DNA from: a virus
Length of the DNA stretch: 64,000 nucleotides
Reading direction: 5' to 3' (one strand)
IMG/VR virus record: IMGVR_UViG_3300025684_000010
A program made the position numbers and the translations under genes. Below are positions 10,577-22,500 of this stretch, in pieces. The stretch's first letter is position 1, and each line of letters starts with the position of its first letter. Below the pieces are notes generated by a model. It made no database searches, had not been told where the DNA came from, and worked only from the letters and a program-made list of their open reading frames with translations.

Positions 10577-13500
10577 TTATTTTTTGAGTTCTTCGATCTC
10601 TGCTTTCAGTTCTTTGATTGCTTCAATCAGTAATCCAACAACGTTACCATAAGCTACATGTTTGATACCATTATCATCTTCTGATACAACCTCTGGAAGG
10701 ACCGCTTCAATTTCTTGTGCAATAACACCAGTTGCAGATTTGCCTGAATCTATCCAGTCAAAATTAACACCGCGCAATTGAGTTACTTTATCGAGAGCTC
10801 TGGTAATTGTATTTACATTTGTCTTAAGACTTGCATCAGATGTTGAATTAAAGTTAGCGGCGGTCATATCACCTGAAGCTGTAAACCCAGGAGCATACAG
10901 CATTGCGGCACCGGCATTCCAATAGAAGTCCGTGCTAGCCTGATAGTTATTACCACCGGCCGAGCCAATCGTTGGAGCCACAGCAGCAATATAATAATCA
11001 ACATTTTCGTTAGTTCTGGCTGTCGTTACCAGTTTATCTGCGTAACCACCAGTAGCACCACCAGGAATGGTGATTGTCTTAGTAGCACCAGCACCTGTTA
11101 CCGTTACTCCAGTACCCACAAAGTCTAATAATGAAGCAGCTGTTGATAATGATGTACCTTCATCTGCTACTGATACCGATCCGCCGCCACCGCCTGATGG
11201 CCATGTTGTGATTGTTTGACCGTTAAGTGTTGCTCCACCCGCAATGTTGATATTCTCAACTGTAACCAAATCGGTTGATGCTGTATAGAAGAAGTTAGTT
11301 TGGTTACCAGTAGCAGGCAAGTTACTATGGTCAAAGTTAGGCCCTGTGGTACCATACAGCGGTCTTGCGCCTGATCCACCTTGAACCATTGTAATAAACA
11401 TATTAGTTGTTTGTAAGGCAGACGCGTTAATATCATCAACTTCAACCTCATCAGTTGAACCAGAAGTTCCTTGCGTACCTTGTGGTCCAGCAGGACCTAC
11501 ATCACCTGCACCAGCAGCGCCTTGTGCACCAGGACCACCAGTACCACCTATCTGACCTTGAGCACCCTGTGGACCACCACCGCCTGCACCTTGAGGTCCT
11601 TCGTTACCCAATCCGCCTTGGAATCCCTGAACACCCTGAATACCTTGAGCACCTTGAGCGCCTGGAGTACCAGGTCCGCCGTCCTGGCCGTCATCACCTT
11701 GAGCACCAATTGCACCCTGAGCACCTACAGAACCGTCACCACCGGCCGCTCCAACAGCACCCTGTGGTCCTTCAGGTCCTAATCCACCAGCACCGCCTGT
11801 TGTACCTTGAGGTCCGCTTCCACCTGTATCTCCAGTAAATCCTTGAGTACCTTGTGGTCCTTGAATACCAGGATCGCCTGAAACAGATTGACCTTGAGTA
11901 CCTTGAATACCTTGTACGCCTTGTACACCTTGAATACCTACACCATCGGCACCATCAAATCCTTGAGTACCTTGGTCGCCTTGAGTACCCTGAACCCCCT
12001 GAACACCAACACCAGCATCTCCAGTAAATCCTTGAGTACCTTGGTCACCTTGAATACCTAAGTCACCTTGAATACCGTCTCCACCAGCTCCACCTTGGAA
12101 TCCTTGTCCACCTTGAATACCTTGAGTACCTTGGTTGCCTTGTAAGCCTTGAGGACCAGTTCCACCAGGACCGTCGTTACCTTGGAAACCTTGAGTTCCT
12201 TGAGCACCTTGAGCACCAGTTCCATCAAATCCTTGAGTGCCCTGATCTCCTTGGACACCTTGAGTTCCTTGTTGACCTTGTATACCTACATCACCGCCTG
12301 AGCCTTGATTACCTTGAACACCTTGAGTACCCTGTGGTCCATATCCATCAGCACCCTGAGCACCAAATCCCTGAGTACCTTGTACACCTTGAATACCTTG
12401 ATCACCTTGAACACCTTGCTGACCTTCTCCGCCAGGTTGTCCTTCGGTACCAGATCCGCCTTGAATACCTTGTGTACCTTGTGTACCTTGAGAACCAGCA
12501 CCAGCAGGTCCTTGTGCACCTTCGTTTCCATCGCCACCAATAATACCTTGAGTACCTTGATCACCTTGTAAACCTTGAGTACCTTGGTTACCGTCGCCTG
12601 AAGCTCCTTGGAATCCTAACTCGCCTTGTTCGCCTTGTGTACCCTGGACACCTTGAATACCTTGGTTACCTTGAGCCCCACCGAGACCTGAAGTACCTTG
12701 GTCACCTTGCGTTCCTTGAACACCTTGTGTACCTTGAGCACCAGCTCCTGTTGCACCTTGATTACCTAAGAATCCTTGTGTACCTTGGTCACCTTGCGTT
12801 CCTTGAACACCCTGAGAACCAGTACCACCTATATCACCTGTACGAGCAAACGTAATAGTAACATCTTCTTGGTCAATAAACGTTCCATTACCGCTCACAA
12901 ACGCGGAAGATATAATAAAGTAACCAGTAACTTCAGCAAGAGCAGATATTGTAAATATTTGGAATGTTTCTGGAGCGCCTTTCTTTGTAACTCTAAAGTG
13001 GCCTTTCACAGGACTTGTAGAATCATCAATTGTTCTTAAGAATGGCTGAATATCAACAAAGTTATCGTCTCTATCACCAATATACATTGCCGTAACAGAA
13101 GAATAAGAAGCATTATTGAATTTTAATCCACCGATACCAGGAGAGTTATTAACTACATCTGTCTTAAAGGTATAATCAAAGGTAATACCACCAAACGATC
13201 CAGCTTCGCCTTCATCGCCTTGAATACCTTGCGTTCCTTGTGGTCCTTGAGTACCTTGACCTGTTAAACCTTGATTACCTTGGAATCCTTGCGTACCCTG
13301 TGGTCCTTGGATACCTTGTGGTCCTTTAGGGATAAATGTAATTAATGTTTCAACGCCGTGAGTAGCAGTAACTGTTGTCCAACTTGAAGCATTACCGTCA
13401 ATATAAACAACATCAAAGAAACCGTAGTTCTTAGCACCAGAATCCCATGTCCAATTTGTAATTTCGTATACTAACCAATGATGACCGCCAGGCCCGGGCT

Positions 13501-16036
13501 GTCCACCAGCACCAACCTGAATTTTTAAATATCCTTTAGGTGAGCCAGGTAAAGATGCAATCCAATCAAGTAATGCATCAACTTCTGTTGTGAACTGATC
13601 ATTAGGAATATCGTCTAATGTAATTAATGTAGCAAGACTAGGATTACTGTTATTGAACTTAAAGTTATTTGTACCTGGGTCAGTACCACCAACAATGTTA
13701 CTTGAGTAATTCCATACGAATGTTAAACCACCGTATTCGCCTTGCTCACCTTGTAGACCTTGAAGACCTTGTAATCCTTGCGCGCCTTGGTTACCAGTTA
13801 AACCAGTAAATCCTTGAGTACCTTGATCGCCTTGTAATCCTTGGTTGCCTTGAATACCCTGAGTACCTTGAACACCTTGGACACCCTGAATCGCTTCTCC
13901 TTGTAATCCTTGGAATCCCTGAACACCTTGGTCGCCTTGTGTACCTTGAATACCCTGCGTTCCCTGAACACCTTGAGTACCTTGGTCGCCCTGTACACCT
14001 TGAGTACCTTGTACACCTTGAATACCACGATCGCCATTTCTTGAGAATGTTAATCTAAAATCTGTTCCGTTAGTAAAACTAGTTACACCGTTAACTTGAG
14101 TAGCTTCAAATTCCCAATAGCCTGTTTTATCTGTAATAACATCAAGTCTAAATAATGCTTGGTCGTAAATATCTGCCGCGTTGATTATTCTTAAATAACC
14201 TTTAGGAGAACCAACAATTGCGTTGAGTTCTACAGCAAGACCATCCATGACGTTGTTTCCGCCGAAATCTTCGTCATCAACCCATATCTTAAGTCCTACA
14301 CCATTTAAACTAAGACTACTGAATTTTACAGTACCTGTCCCAGGATCTGAATCTGTTGTATTATTATCGTAATTATAAGGATAAGTAATACCACCAAAGT
14401 CACCAACTTTACCTTGTACACCTTGAATACCTTGAGTACCTTGGTCGCCTTGTAATCCTTGAAGACCTTGGTTACCTTGAATACCTTGAGTACCTTGACT
14501 TCCCTGAGAACCTACTTCACCTTGAGCTCCAGTAAATCCTTGAGTACCTTGATTTCCCTGAAGACCTTGGTTACCTTGAATACCGGTAAATCCTTGAGTA
14601 CCCTGAACACCTTGAGTACCAACTCTTCCAAACGAAAGTATAAACGCGGGGTCAGCCGCAGCATTAGTAAGTACGGCAGCTGTATTTGCTAACCATGTAA
14701 TTTGTAATGTTAACCAACCAGTGTTGTCAGTTACATCGTTAATTTCAAAAGTAATAAACTCTTGATTATTAGAAATTCTTGTAAGTTGAATGTAGCCTTT
14801 CTTTGGACCTGCTACAAGATCAATACTATTTAATAACGCAGATACATCTTTATTTGATTTTGCTTCTTGGTCAATGAATAGTGCAGTTGCGAGGGCAGGA
14901 TCAGCATTGTTAATTGCGAACTTACCAGCGGTAGGATCCTGCGCAATTGTTGATAGACTAATATCAAACTCAAACGATACTCCACCATAAGTTCCTACAA
15001 AACCTTGGTTACCTACATCACCTTGAATACCGGTGAAACCTTGTGTACCTTGATCGCCTTGTAATCCTTGAGTACCTTGGAAACCTAAGTCACCTTGAAT
15101 ACCTGTAAAGCCTTGGGTGCCTTGAACACCTTGGTCGCCCTGTGTACCTTGAATACCCAAGTCACCTTGAATACCTTGTGTACCTTGCGTTCCTTGGAAT
15201 CCTTGAAAACCACGGAAACCTCTTTCGCCTTGAATACCTTCGTAACCTAATTGTCCTTGAACACCTTGGTCGCCTTGAACTCCTTGTAAACCTTGAACTC
15301 CACGGAATGTACCGAGGTTAATCCAAACAGATCCATCGTATACCCAGATTTCTTCATCTGTGTCATCAACGACAGCGTTACCAACAACAGCTGAAGGGAA
15401 CGCGGTATTTAAAGTAGCTTGTGGATCTCCGCCTGCATCGACATCAGGTACTGAACCAATAATATCAAAACCAGGACCGTATTCTCCCTGAGTACCTTGA
15501 GTACCTTGAGCGCCTGAGAAACCTTGAACACCTGCACCAACTTGAGTAACAGGATCTGAAGCAAATACCATAACAGTAAACGCTTCTGTTGGACTTGGTG
15601 TTACAACAGCTCCATTTCCGTCATATAGTGCAATCTGAAATCCATTAACTGTTTTATTGTTTACTGATACAAATCTCGTATCATCTTGAAACTCACCATC
15701 AGTTACAACTGTATAATCAGTATCAGGTTGAGGAGTAACAAATGTAAGATCTAAAGTACCTGTACCTACAACCCAATTTGCGGCTGTAATACTTGTTCCT
15801 GTTGGAGTTGTACCATCAACTCTCATGAAAGCAAATGGTAAAATCGCAGACTGCGTTACACCAGAATCACTTAAGAATTCCTTCCACGCGACACCGTCGG
15901 AAAAATATACCTTATCATTTTCGGCATATATGAGTGCACCCTCATAGGCAACGGGGTCAAGCGTAATAGGAAAAGGCTGTGGTATGCCGTAACCAAGTAA
16001 TTGATTCTTTCCTGTTATTGTACCAAATCTGGACAT
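10577..16036 (-). CDS. Collagen-like tail fibre with C-terminal intramolecular chaperone (peptidase S74) (1819 aa)
   Basis: Extensive Gly-X-Gln triplets. The C-terminus SDASLKTNVNTITRALDKVTQLRGVNFDW...GVIAQEIEAVLPEVV...V.YGN..GLLIEAIKEL is the canonical S74 autocleaving chaperone. Confidence 0.9.
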   Translation of the reverse strand: MSRFGTITGKNQLLGYGIPQPFPITLDPVAYEGALIYAENDKVYFSDGVAWKEFLSDSGVTQSAILPFAFMRVDGTTPTGTSITAANWVVGTGTLDLTFVTPQPDTDYTVVTDGEFQDDTRFVSVNNKTVNGFQIALYDGNGAVVTPSPTEAFTVMVFASDPVTQVGAGVQGFSGAQGTQGTQGEYGPGFDIIGSVPDVDAGGDPQATLNTAFPSAVVGNAVVDDTDEEIWVYDGSVWINLGTFRGVQGLQGVQGDQGVQGQLGYEGIQGERGFRGFQGFQGTQGTQGIQGDLGIQGTQGDQGVQGTQGFTGIQGDLGFQGTQGLQGDQGTQGFTGIQGDVGNQGFVGTYGGVSFEFDISLSTIAQDPTAGKFAINNADPALATALFIDQEAKSNKDVSALLNSIDLVAGPKKGYIQLTRISNNQEFITFEINDVTDNTGWLTLQITWLANTAAVLTNAAADPAFILSFGRVGTQGVQGTQGFTGIQGNQGLQGNQGTQGFTGAQGEVGSQGSQGTQGIQGNQGLQGLQGDQGTQGIQGVQGKVGDFGGITYPYNYDNNTTDSDPGTGTVKFSSLSLNGVGLKIWVDDEDFGGNNVMDGLAVELNAIVGSPKGYLRIINAADIYDQALFRLDVITDKTGYWEFEATQVNGVTSFTNGTDFRLTFSRNGDRGIQGVQGTQGVQGDQGTQGVQGTQGIQGTQGDQGVQGFQGLQGEAIQGVQGVQGTQGIQGNQGLQGDQGTQGFTGLTGNQGAQGLQGLQGLQGEQGEYGGLTFVWNYSSNIVGGTDPGTNNFKFNNSNPSLATLITLDDIPNDQFTTEVDALLDWIASLPGSPKGYLKIQVGAGGQPGPGGHHWLVYEITNWTWDSGAKNYGFFDVVYIDGNASSWTTVTATHGVETLITFIPKGPQGIQGPQGTQGFQGNQGLTGQGTQGPQGTQGIQGDEGEAGSFGGITFDYTFKTDVVNNSPGIGGLKFNNASYSSVTAMYIGDRDDNFVDIQPFLRTIDDSTSPVKGHFRVTKKGAPETFQIFTISALAEVTGYFIISSAFVSGNGTFIDQEDVTITFARTGDIGGTGSQGVQGTQGDQGTQGFLGNQGATGAGAQGTQGVQGTQGDQGTSGLGGAQGNQGIQGVQGTQGEQGELGFQGASGDGNQGTQGLQGDQGTQGIIGGDGNEGAQGPAGAGSQGTQGTQGIQGGSGTEGQPGGEGQQGVQGDQGIQGVQGTQGFGAQGADGYGPQGTQGVQGNQGSGGDVGIQGQQGTQGVQGDQGTQGFDGTGAQGAQGTQGFQGNDGPGGTGPQGLQGNQGTQGIQGGQGFQGGAGGDGIQGDLGIQGDQGTQGFTGDAGVGVQGVQGTQGDQGTQGFDGADGVGIQGVQGVQGIQGTQGQSVSGDPGIQGPQGTQGFTGDTGGSGPQGTTGGAGGLGPEGPQGAVGAAGGDGSVGAQGAIGAQGDDGQDGGPGTPGAQGAQGIQGVQGFQGGLGNEGPQGAGGGGPQGAQGQIGGTGGPGAQGAAGAGDVGPAGPQGTQGTSGSTDEVEVDDINASALQTTNMFITMVQGGSGARPLYGTTGPNFDHSNLPATGNQTNFFYTASTDLVTVENINIAGGATLNGQTITTWPSGGGGGSVSVADEGTSLSTAASLLDFVGTGVTVTGAGATKTITIPGGATGGYADKLVTTARTNENVDYYIAAVAPTIGSAGGNNYQASTDFYWNAGAAMLYAPGFTASGDMTAANFNSTSDASLKTNVNTITRALDKVTQLRGVNFDWIDSGKSATGVIAQEIEAVLPEVVSEDDNGIKHVAYGNVVGLLIEAIKELKAEIEELKK

Positions 16037-16073
16037 GTTTTCTTATTTCCTTAATTCAACCTAATTAATAATA

Positions 16074-16081
16074 TATTTATT
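16074..16081 (-). promoter_or_regulatory. Probable late promoter variant AATAAATA
   Basis: One mismatch to TATAAATA, about 40 nt upstream of the collagen fibre start. Confidence 0.5.
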
Positions 16082-16082
16082 C

Positions 16083-16508
16083 TTAGACAACATCGTCTTC
16101 TTCAGATTGTCCCTGCGTAAATGATAGTGTTGCATGAATAGCAAGATTGGCAGAAGCCTTAACCTCTAGTGTATCACCACTCTTTAAAAACTGGCCGTTA
16201 AGTGGAATTGGCGTTGTTTCATACGCAGTTATCGGCATGTTTCTTAATACATAAAACTCTGCATTAGCTTCATCTCTATGGAATCTCAAATCAATCATAA
16301 CCGTTGAGTTTGTTGTATTACACAACACAAGTGGCGATATAATTTCACCAACCCCAGGTTCGACTGTTTCAGATCCACCGAAAACTAATTCAGGAACTTT
16401 ATAGTTAGGTACATCGGCAATCACTTTCCAGTTTGTAGTTACGATTTCATTAATCGCAACCGGTTTTGCATCTGGAGCTTGGCTCGTTGTAATTGTTGTT
16501 ACGCTCAT
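16083..16508 (-). CDS. Hypothetical virion-associated protein (141 aa)
   Basis: ORF with an upstream AAGGG/AAGA purine tract, packed between two fibre genes. No family recognised. Confidence 0.6.
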   Translation of the reverse strand: MSVTTITTSQAPDAKPVAINEIVTTNWKVIADVPNYKVPELVFGGSETVEPGVGEIISPLVLCNTTNSTVMIDLRFHRDEANAEFYVLRNMPITAYETTPIPLNGQFLKSGDTLEVKASANLAIHATLSFTQGQSEEDDVV

Positions 16509-16531
16509 TTCTTTTATTCCCTTTTAAATAT

Positions 16532-19500
16532 TTAAACTACCGCTCTCGAGTTCGAAGCACGTCTTGCTAACTTACGAACCGATGAGGTAAATGGTCGGCC
16601 TTCAATACGACCTGTTCTACCGTTAATTCTTAGACCTCTTGCGAAGTACTGGTTATTCAATTCATCAGCACCTGACCAACGAATTCTACCACCACTTTCA
16701 TTTAGTACCGAAGCGATAGCAGATATAGCAGCACCTAAGTTTCTGAAGTTCAGAGGTAACGCGTTTCTGTTAACACCAGCCGATGCACCGTTGAACTGGT
16801 GAGCAATAGATTCAACCAACGATCCGAAGATCAAAGTTTCTGGTCTCAATACATTGTCCTTAAGACAATCATCAAATAAACCGTTAATCATTGCGGTATG
16901 TTCAGCATCTGGAGTTACATTAGTTGTGATGTATGTTTTCATCCTATCCCATGCACCAGTAAAGGCATCAAGCAGATCAGTATTGTTTGCACCTTCTAAG
17001 GTCCATGCAGAACCATTCCAATAATATATATCGCCGGCGTAATGACTTACTGTAAAGTCAGTAGCAACAATGTAAGCCCAATTTGGTTTCATTCCTGTTA
17101 CTGAACTTAGATCAGCATATGCATTAACCGAACCTTTATACTTCAGTCCTTGCATTGTTGGATTAAAGACTGGGAATACATGAGTTCCATCATAGTTAAA
17201 GAACGAAGCAGTATATGTTCTTACCGCGTTCTGTGAACCATTATCACTGTATATCGGTTGTGGGACATCAGGATTAAACTTATCATATGCAAAGTCATTA
17301 TAAACCGCAGTTAGTAAGTTTCTAGCATCTCTTCGAGTTAAGTTAATATCAATAAAGTTATAAGCAGAGTTAACGTGTCTTACAGTATCTTTCTGTAATT
17401 GCTTTCTTCTCTGTTGAATAATTGCTTGAGCATCTGTAAATATAGCATTACTGTAAGTGTAATCTGGCTCTTCCTTAACTGGTAAGTACTTAGTGTCATT
17501 ATACAATTGAGTGTTATAGAACATGTTGGCTAATTTCTCAACCTTCTTGCTTTCAACTTCTGTTGCCAATTCACCGAGTATTACCTGTCCTGGGTATTCG
17601 CCTAATACGATATCCTTACAAATTCTACCTAACTGACGATATGATTTGGCAGTTGGTATTCTCTGACCTTCAGGTAATCTGTAAACTGAATTCCAGAAGT
17701 AGAAATCTGCGTTCCATCTTGAAGCAGAATTACCACCAAAGTTCAAGTCGAAGCTGAATGCGTCAAGTAAGTATCCAGTATCTCTGATACATTTTGCCTT
17801 ATTATAATCAAGTACCTTAAAGCTACTGTTAATATAATCTGTTACATCGGAAGCAAGTTCTTCTGTATTATTATCAATCTTAATACCTGCAGCTGATAGT
17901 TCAGAAGGAATCCAAGTTGCTGTTGATACAGGTCTTGGTAATTCATCGGTATCATCAGCTCTTACAACATTCTCAATGAGTGCAACAAGATCATGGACCG
18001 TAGTACCTTCAGTTGCCGTAGCAGCATCGCCTATTAGACTCTGTGGAGTTAATGTATATGTACTTGCGTTCGTTACAGGAGTTTCCTGAACTACTTGCTC
18101 AACTATATCACCAAGCAATTGTAATATATCTGCATATTGAGTTTTAGTATCTACAGGAAGAACAGAAACTCCATTCTCGAAGTAAATACCTGCAGATTGT
18201 AAAGAAGCAAAGTTTGTATCGTGTTGTACGTCATGTGATATTGAATCAATGATATAACCGATATCTCTTCTGCATTTTGCGTCAGGGAAACTTAGAGCAT
18301 TGTGAGTACTTGATAGGTAAGTAATTACAGCTTCTGATAAGATAGCAGATTTTCTTTCTACAATTTCCTTAGCAGTAATATAGTTAGCACCCATCCAAGT
18401 TTGTAATACATCAATACGATCAGGTATTGTATTTCTTGATTCTATATTATCATCAACCGCGTTAGCAACAATTTCAACAAGCTTTCTTGCAGCTATACAA
18501 GTATTTGGATTTGCACCATGTAATGTCATATCCTGAGCAACAGTTGCTTGATATGAAGGTAAGCCATTCCAGTATTCGTATTTAGTTACGATATCGCCTG
18601 TGTAATATTTTCCTGTTCTTGGATATAAAGTAGTTGTGATATCTTTACCACCTACAACATGTTCAACGATTTTGGCAAGGTGTAAGAATGCATCTCTTGT
18701 ACCCATTCTTTGTTCAATTTGTAATCCAGTGTTTACTGCATTCTCAAAATACATTCCTGCAGTTTGAACTGTTGCCGCATTACCACCGTATTGAATATCG
18801 TGACAAAGTGCATCGATGATATAACCTGTATCTCTTCGACATTTTGTTTCACTGTAAGGTAATACTTGATAGAACTCTGACAGATGAGCAAGTAACGAAG
18901 TAGAAACTGAATCCTTAATTCCGTCAAGTGCAAGGTAAGCAGCAGTTGCTTCCGCACCCCATACTGCGTTTGTTTCATCAGGCATTACAACCTTAGGAGA
19001 AAGTAACATTGTGTTGTTAGTAATTGCATTAGCAACAATATCAAATAAACCTTCTACTTCAGCAGATACCGCAGCCTGAGCAGTTCCACCTGCGAATGAT
19101 TGAGTTTGACCATTGCCTGCTGATTTCAATCCACCAATATCAGTATCTAAACAAATAAGTTCAGCACAATCACCAAGGTGAGCAAATGCAGCAGCCGTTG
19201 GTTCTCTTTGATCTGCAGGTAATACTGATACCGCATTTTCAAAGTAAAGTTTTGTATCGTTCAGTGTGGCAAAGTTTCCGCCGTATTGAGCATCAGCCGC
19301 AATGGCATCAATTAAGTAACCTGTATCTCTTTCACATTTTGCTACATCGTAACTATGTGAAGGTCTGTTGGCAGCAAGCCATGCTGTAATTTCAGCTTGT
19401 AAGAATACTTTGTTATTCTGTAATTGAGATCTTGCGTTAATTCTTTCAAACGATGGAGCAGTATTAGTATATGTAATTGCATTAGCAGCAGCTCGACCGT

Positions 19501-22500
19501 TGGTCATTATATCAATAACTTCATTAAACGCAGTTTCTGTTCTAAGTTTCATTGTTCCGTCTACGACAGCTTCAATTGCCTTATCTCTTGCGAACTCAAT
19601 ACCTTTAACTGTTTCTGTCAATTGTTCATTGATTGATCTGTTAGCGCCAACCGTTCCAATCCTGTAAGCAAGACCGTTAAATACCGCTGATTGATTACCA
19701 CCCGTTAGTACGTCAGTCCTAACTGCATCAATAATAAACCCAACATCTCTCTTACATTTGTCACCGTCAAATACGTAGTAACGATCTTTGAGGTAGCCTT
19801 GTAATTCTTCGATGATGAAGTCTCTGTTATTAACTAATTGCTTTCTTGCCAATGTTCTGTTAGGATCAAAGGAAGCCTTAACCAATGTTGGCATTTCAGC
19901 AACTTCGATATTAGTGTTATCAATTAAATCAGCAATTGCGTATATCAAGTTAACAGCTTCTGTTGACTTGGCAGTGCTTGCCGCAGTTCCATCTAGAATA
20001 TGATATGGGCCTGTACTAATTGCACCTGCATCAGCAGTTACGAATGTATGTGGTTGTTGTCCTGAACCGCCTGTTCCTACATTCATTGAGATTGTTGTAG
20101 CAGTTGTAGCAATAATAGTTACAGGAGCATTATAATAAGGATGATGTTTCTGTGGTGAAGTATGGTTAGCAGGACCTGAACCCATATCACAACTAAATGT
20201 TACCCCGTTTGGTTTCAGATATACTTGAGCATTAACATCAAGATTGTGAGCACCAATATCAGCAACATAAATTCCTGTGGCAGGATCGTAAGTTGCAGTT
20301 GAAACTCCGAACTGAGTACCTAATGCAGTTTGTTGAATAGCCGAAGTGATAGGACCAACCAGACCAGCAAGTCTTCTAAAGGCAAGTTGAGTTGGCAGTC
20401 GCTGTTCGTAAGGCAATACGTTGATTGCTTCTCTTAAACCTGAAACGTTAGCAGTATCTTCGTAATTAGATAATGTTCTAAACTGACCTTTTACCTCAAG
20501 TGGTAATACGTTAGTTGAACGTTGTTGTTCGTAATCGGCAGATTGTGAATCAAACTTACGGAAGTAATAATCAAATACTTCTAATAGATTTTCGTTTCCA
20601 CCGTATTCAATATCACGAGATAAAGCATCAACCATGATACCAATATCTCTTTCACAAGTTGCTTTCTTAAACGGTAATCCGTTATGTTCTTCTCTCAAGT
20701 AATCAATTACCGAAGCAGAAAGATTTTCTGTCATACCATCAATTGCAGCATGAGCTTCAATCATTGGACCTTCAACAGCAGGCTCGATATATGCAGGTAA
20801 GTAATCTAATGTATTGTCGCTGATTACTTGAGTTACAATATTAACTCTATCTCTTGCTAGGTTAGCAACTTCGATTCCGTAATCAGTTCCTGAAACATCC
20901 TGCGCTTGGCCGTTTCCTGTTGTAGGAGTAATGGTAATATCACGTACGATATTCCAAACAACCTCAGCAATATGTTCCCATGTTTTGTATGTTGGCAATA
21001 CTTGATCTGCAGGTAATACTGATACCGCATTTTCAAAATACAATCTTGCGAAGTTAACTGAACATGTATTTCCACCAAACTTAACATCTTGTATTAAGCC
21101 ATCAACAAGATAACCTGTATCTCTTTCACAAGCCGCAGTGTCATAATTCAATGATGGATATTCTGCAGCGATATAAGCAGTAGTTTCGGCAATAATAAAT
21201 TGTCTGTTTAGAATCAGTTGATTACCTGCATCATTATGGTTACTACTTAACGCAGCAGTTGAACCCCATTGTTTTGTACCAATGTTTGCTGGACCATTCT
21301 GCATAATATCAATGATCTTATCAAAATGCTGATTTGTTCTTGCTAACGCAACTCCTGTTATTGAAGGATCTGCGGCAACTTGCGCTTTCAGATAATTAAC
21401 TGCTGCAACTGTTTCAACCAACTGATCGTTGATTACCTTGTTAGCGCCTACAGAACCTGTTCTATATCCCAGCCCCATGAACTGTGAGTTCCAAGTAGAG
21501 TTCGTTGCCATATCACGTCTTACTGAATCAAGAATAAATCCTGAATCTCTTGAACATTTTTCTCCATCAAACGTGAAGTATTGTGTATCAAGGTAATTAG
21601 AAACATCTTTTGCCAAGTAGTCTTTGTTCTGCTGTAGTTGTTCTCTTGCGTATTGACCTTGAGACTTGTAAGTTACTTTTGATACGCCTTCTTTAATAAC
21701 ATTTACAAAAGTATGAACTCCACCTGCGGATCCAGTGACACCAATATCAACCGTAACATCATCGCCAACGATGGCAGTAATATTCATTGGTTGCATATAG
21801 TTAACATCACCTTTTCTTGGGTAGGAATGTTCTGTTGCATTTGAATCTTGATCACAAGTAAACGTAAATGCGTATGGAGCAAACTCAATATAATCTTCGG
21901 TAGTTAAATCATGTCCTGGTATTGTTAAAGTACTTAACCCAGAAGCAGGAAGGAACGTTGCCGTAGTTGGAGTATAATGCTTAACATAAGAAGCAGGATC
22001 TGTAAAGAACAGACCGTCCGTATCAATTGCCCCAACATCCGCTCTAACGAACGTATGAGTACCACCAGTACCTGTTCCGATGTTCATTGTAATTGTATCA
22101 GTGGTAACAGCAGTAAGTCTTACAGGGGTCTTATATGCAGGATGGTGTTTAGCCGGTGCAGCATGTTCTGTGACACCACCATCTAAAGTACAAGTAAAGA
22201 TAACTGAATTTGGTTTAATAACAATCGTATCACCAGCTTGCAGATTATGTTTTCCGATAGATGCTACAAATACACCAGTTACTGGGTTATACGTTGCATC
22301 GTATGGAGTATATGTTGAATTGTACTTAGCAGTTTTAACACTGTCTGATGTAGCAGAAACAAATGTATGAACAGAAGTATCTGAACTTGTTCCTACGTTA
22401 ACTGTAAACGAAGTTGCTGTTGTTGCCGCAACCACAACTGGCTTCTTGTAAGCAGGGTGAGCATGTTCGCCTTTAATTGCACCAGTGATAGCAGATACAA

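Noticed and set aside
11455-15300. Dense short DNA repeats (ccttgagtaccttg, 9-bp period) that might resemble a CRISPR array
   Set aside because: The periodicity comes from Gly-X-Gln codons inside an ORF. There are no constant 23-47-bp repeats with unique spacers and no cas genes.
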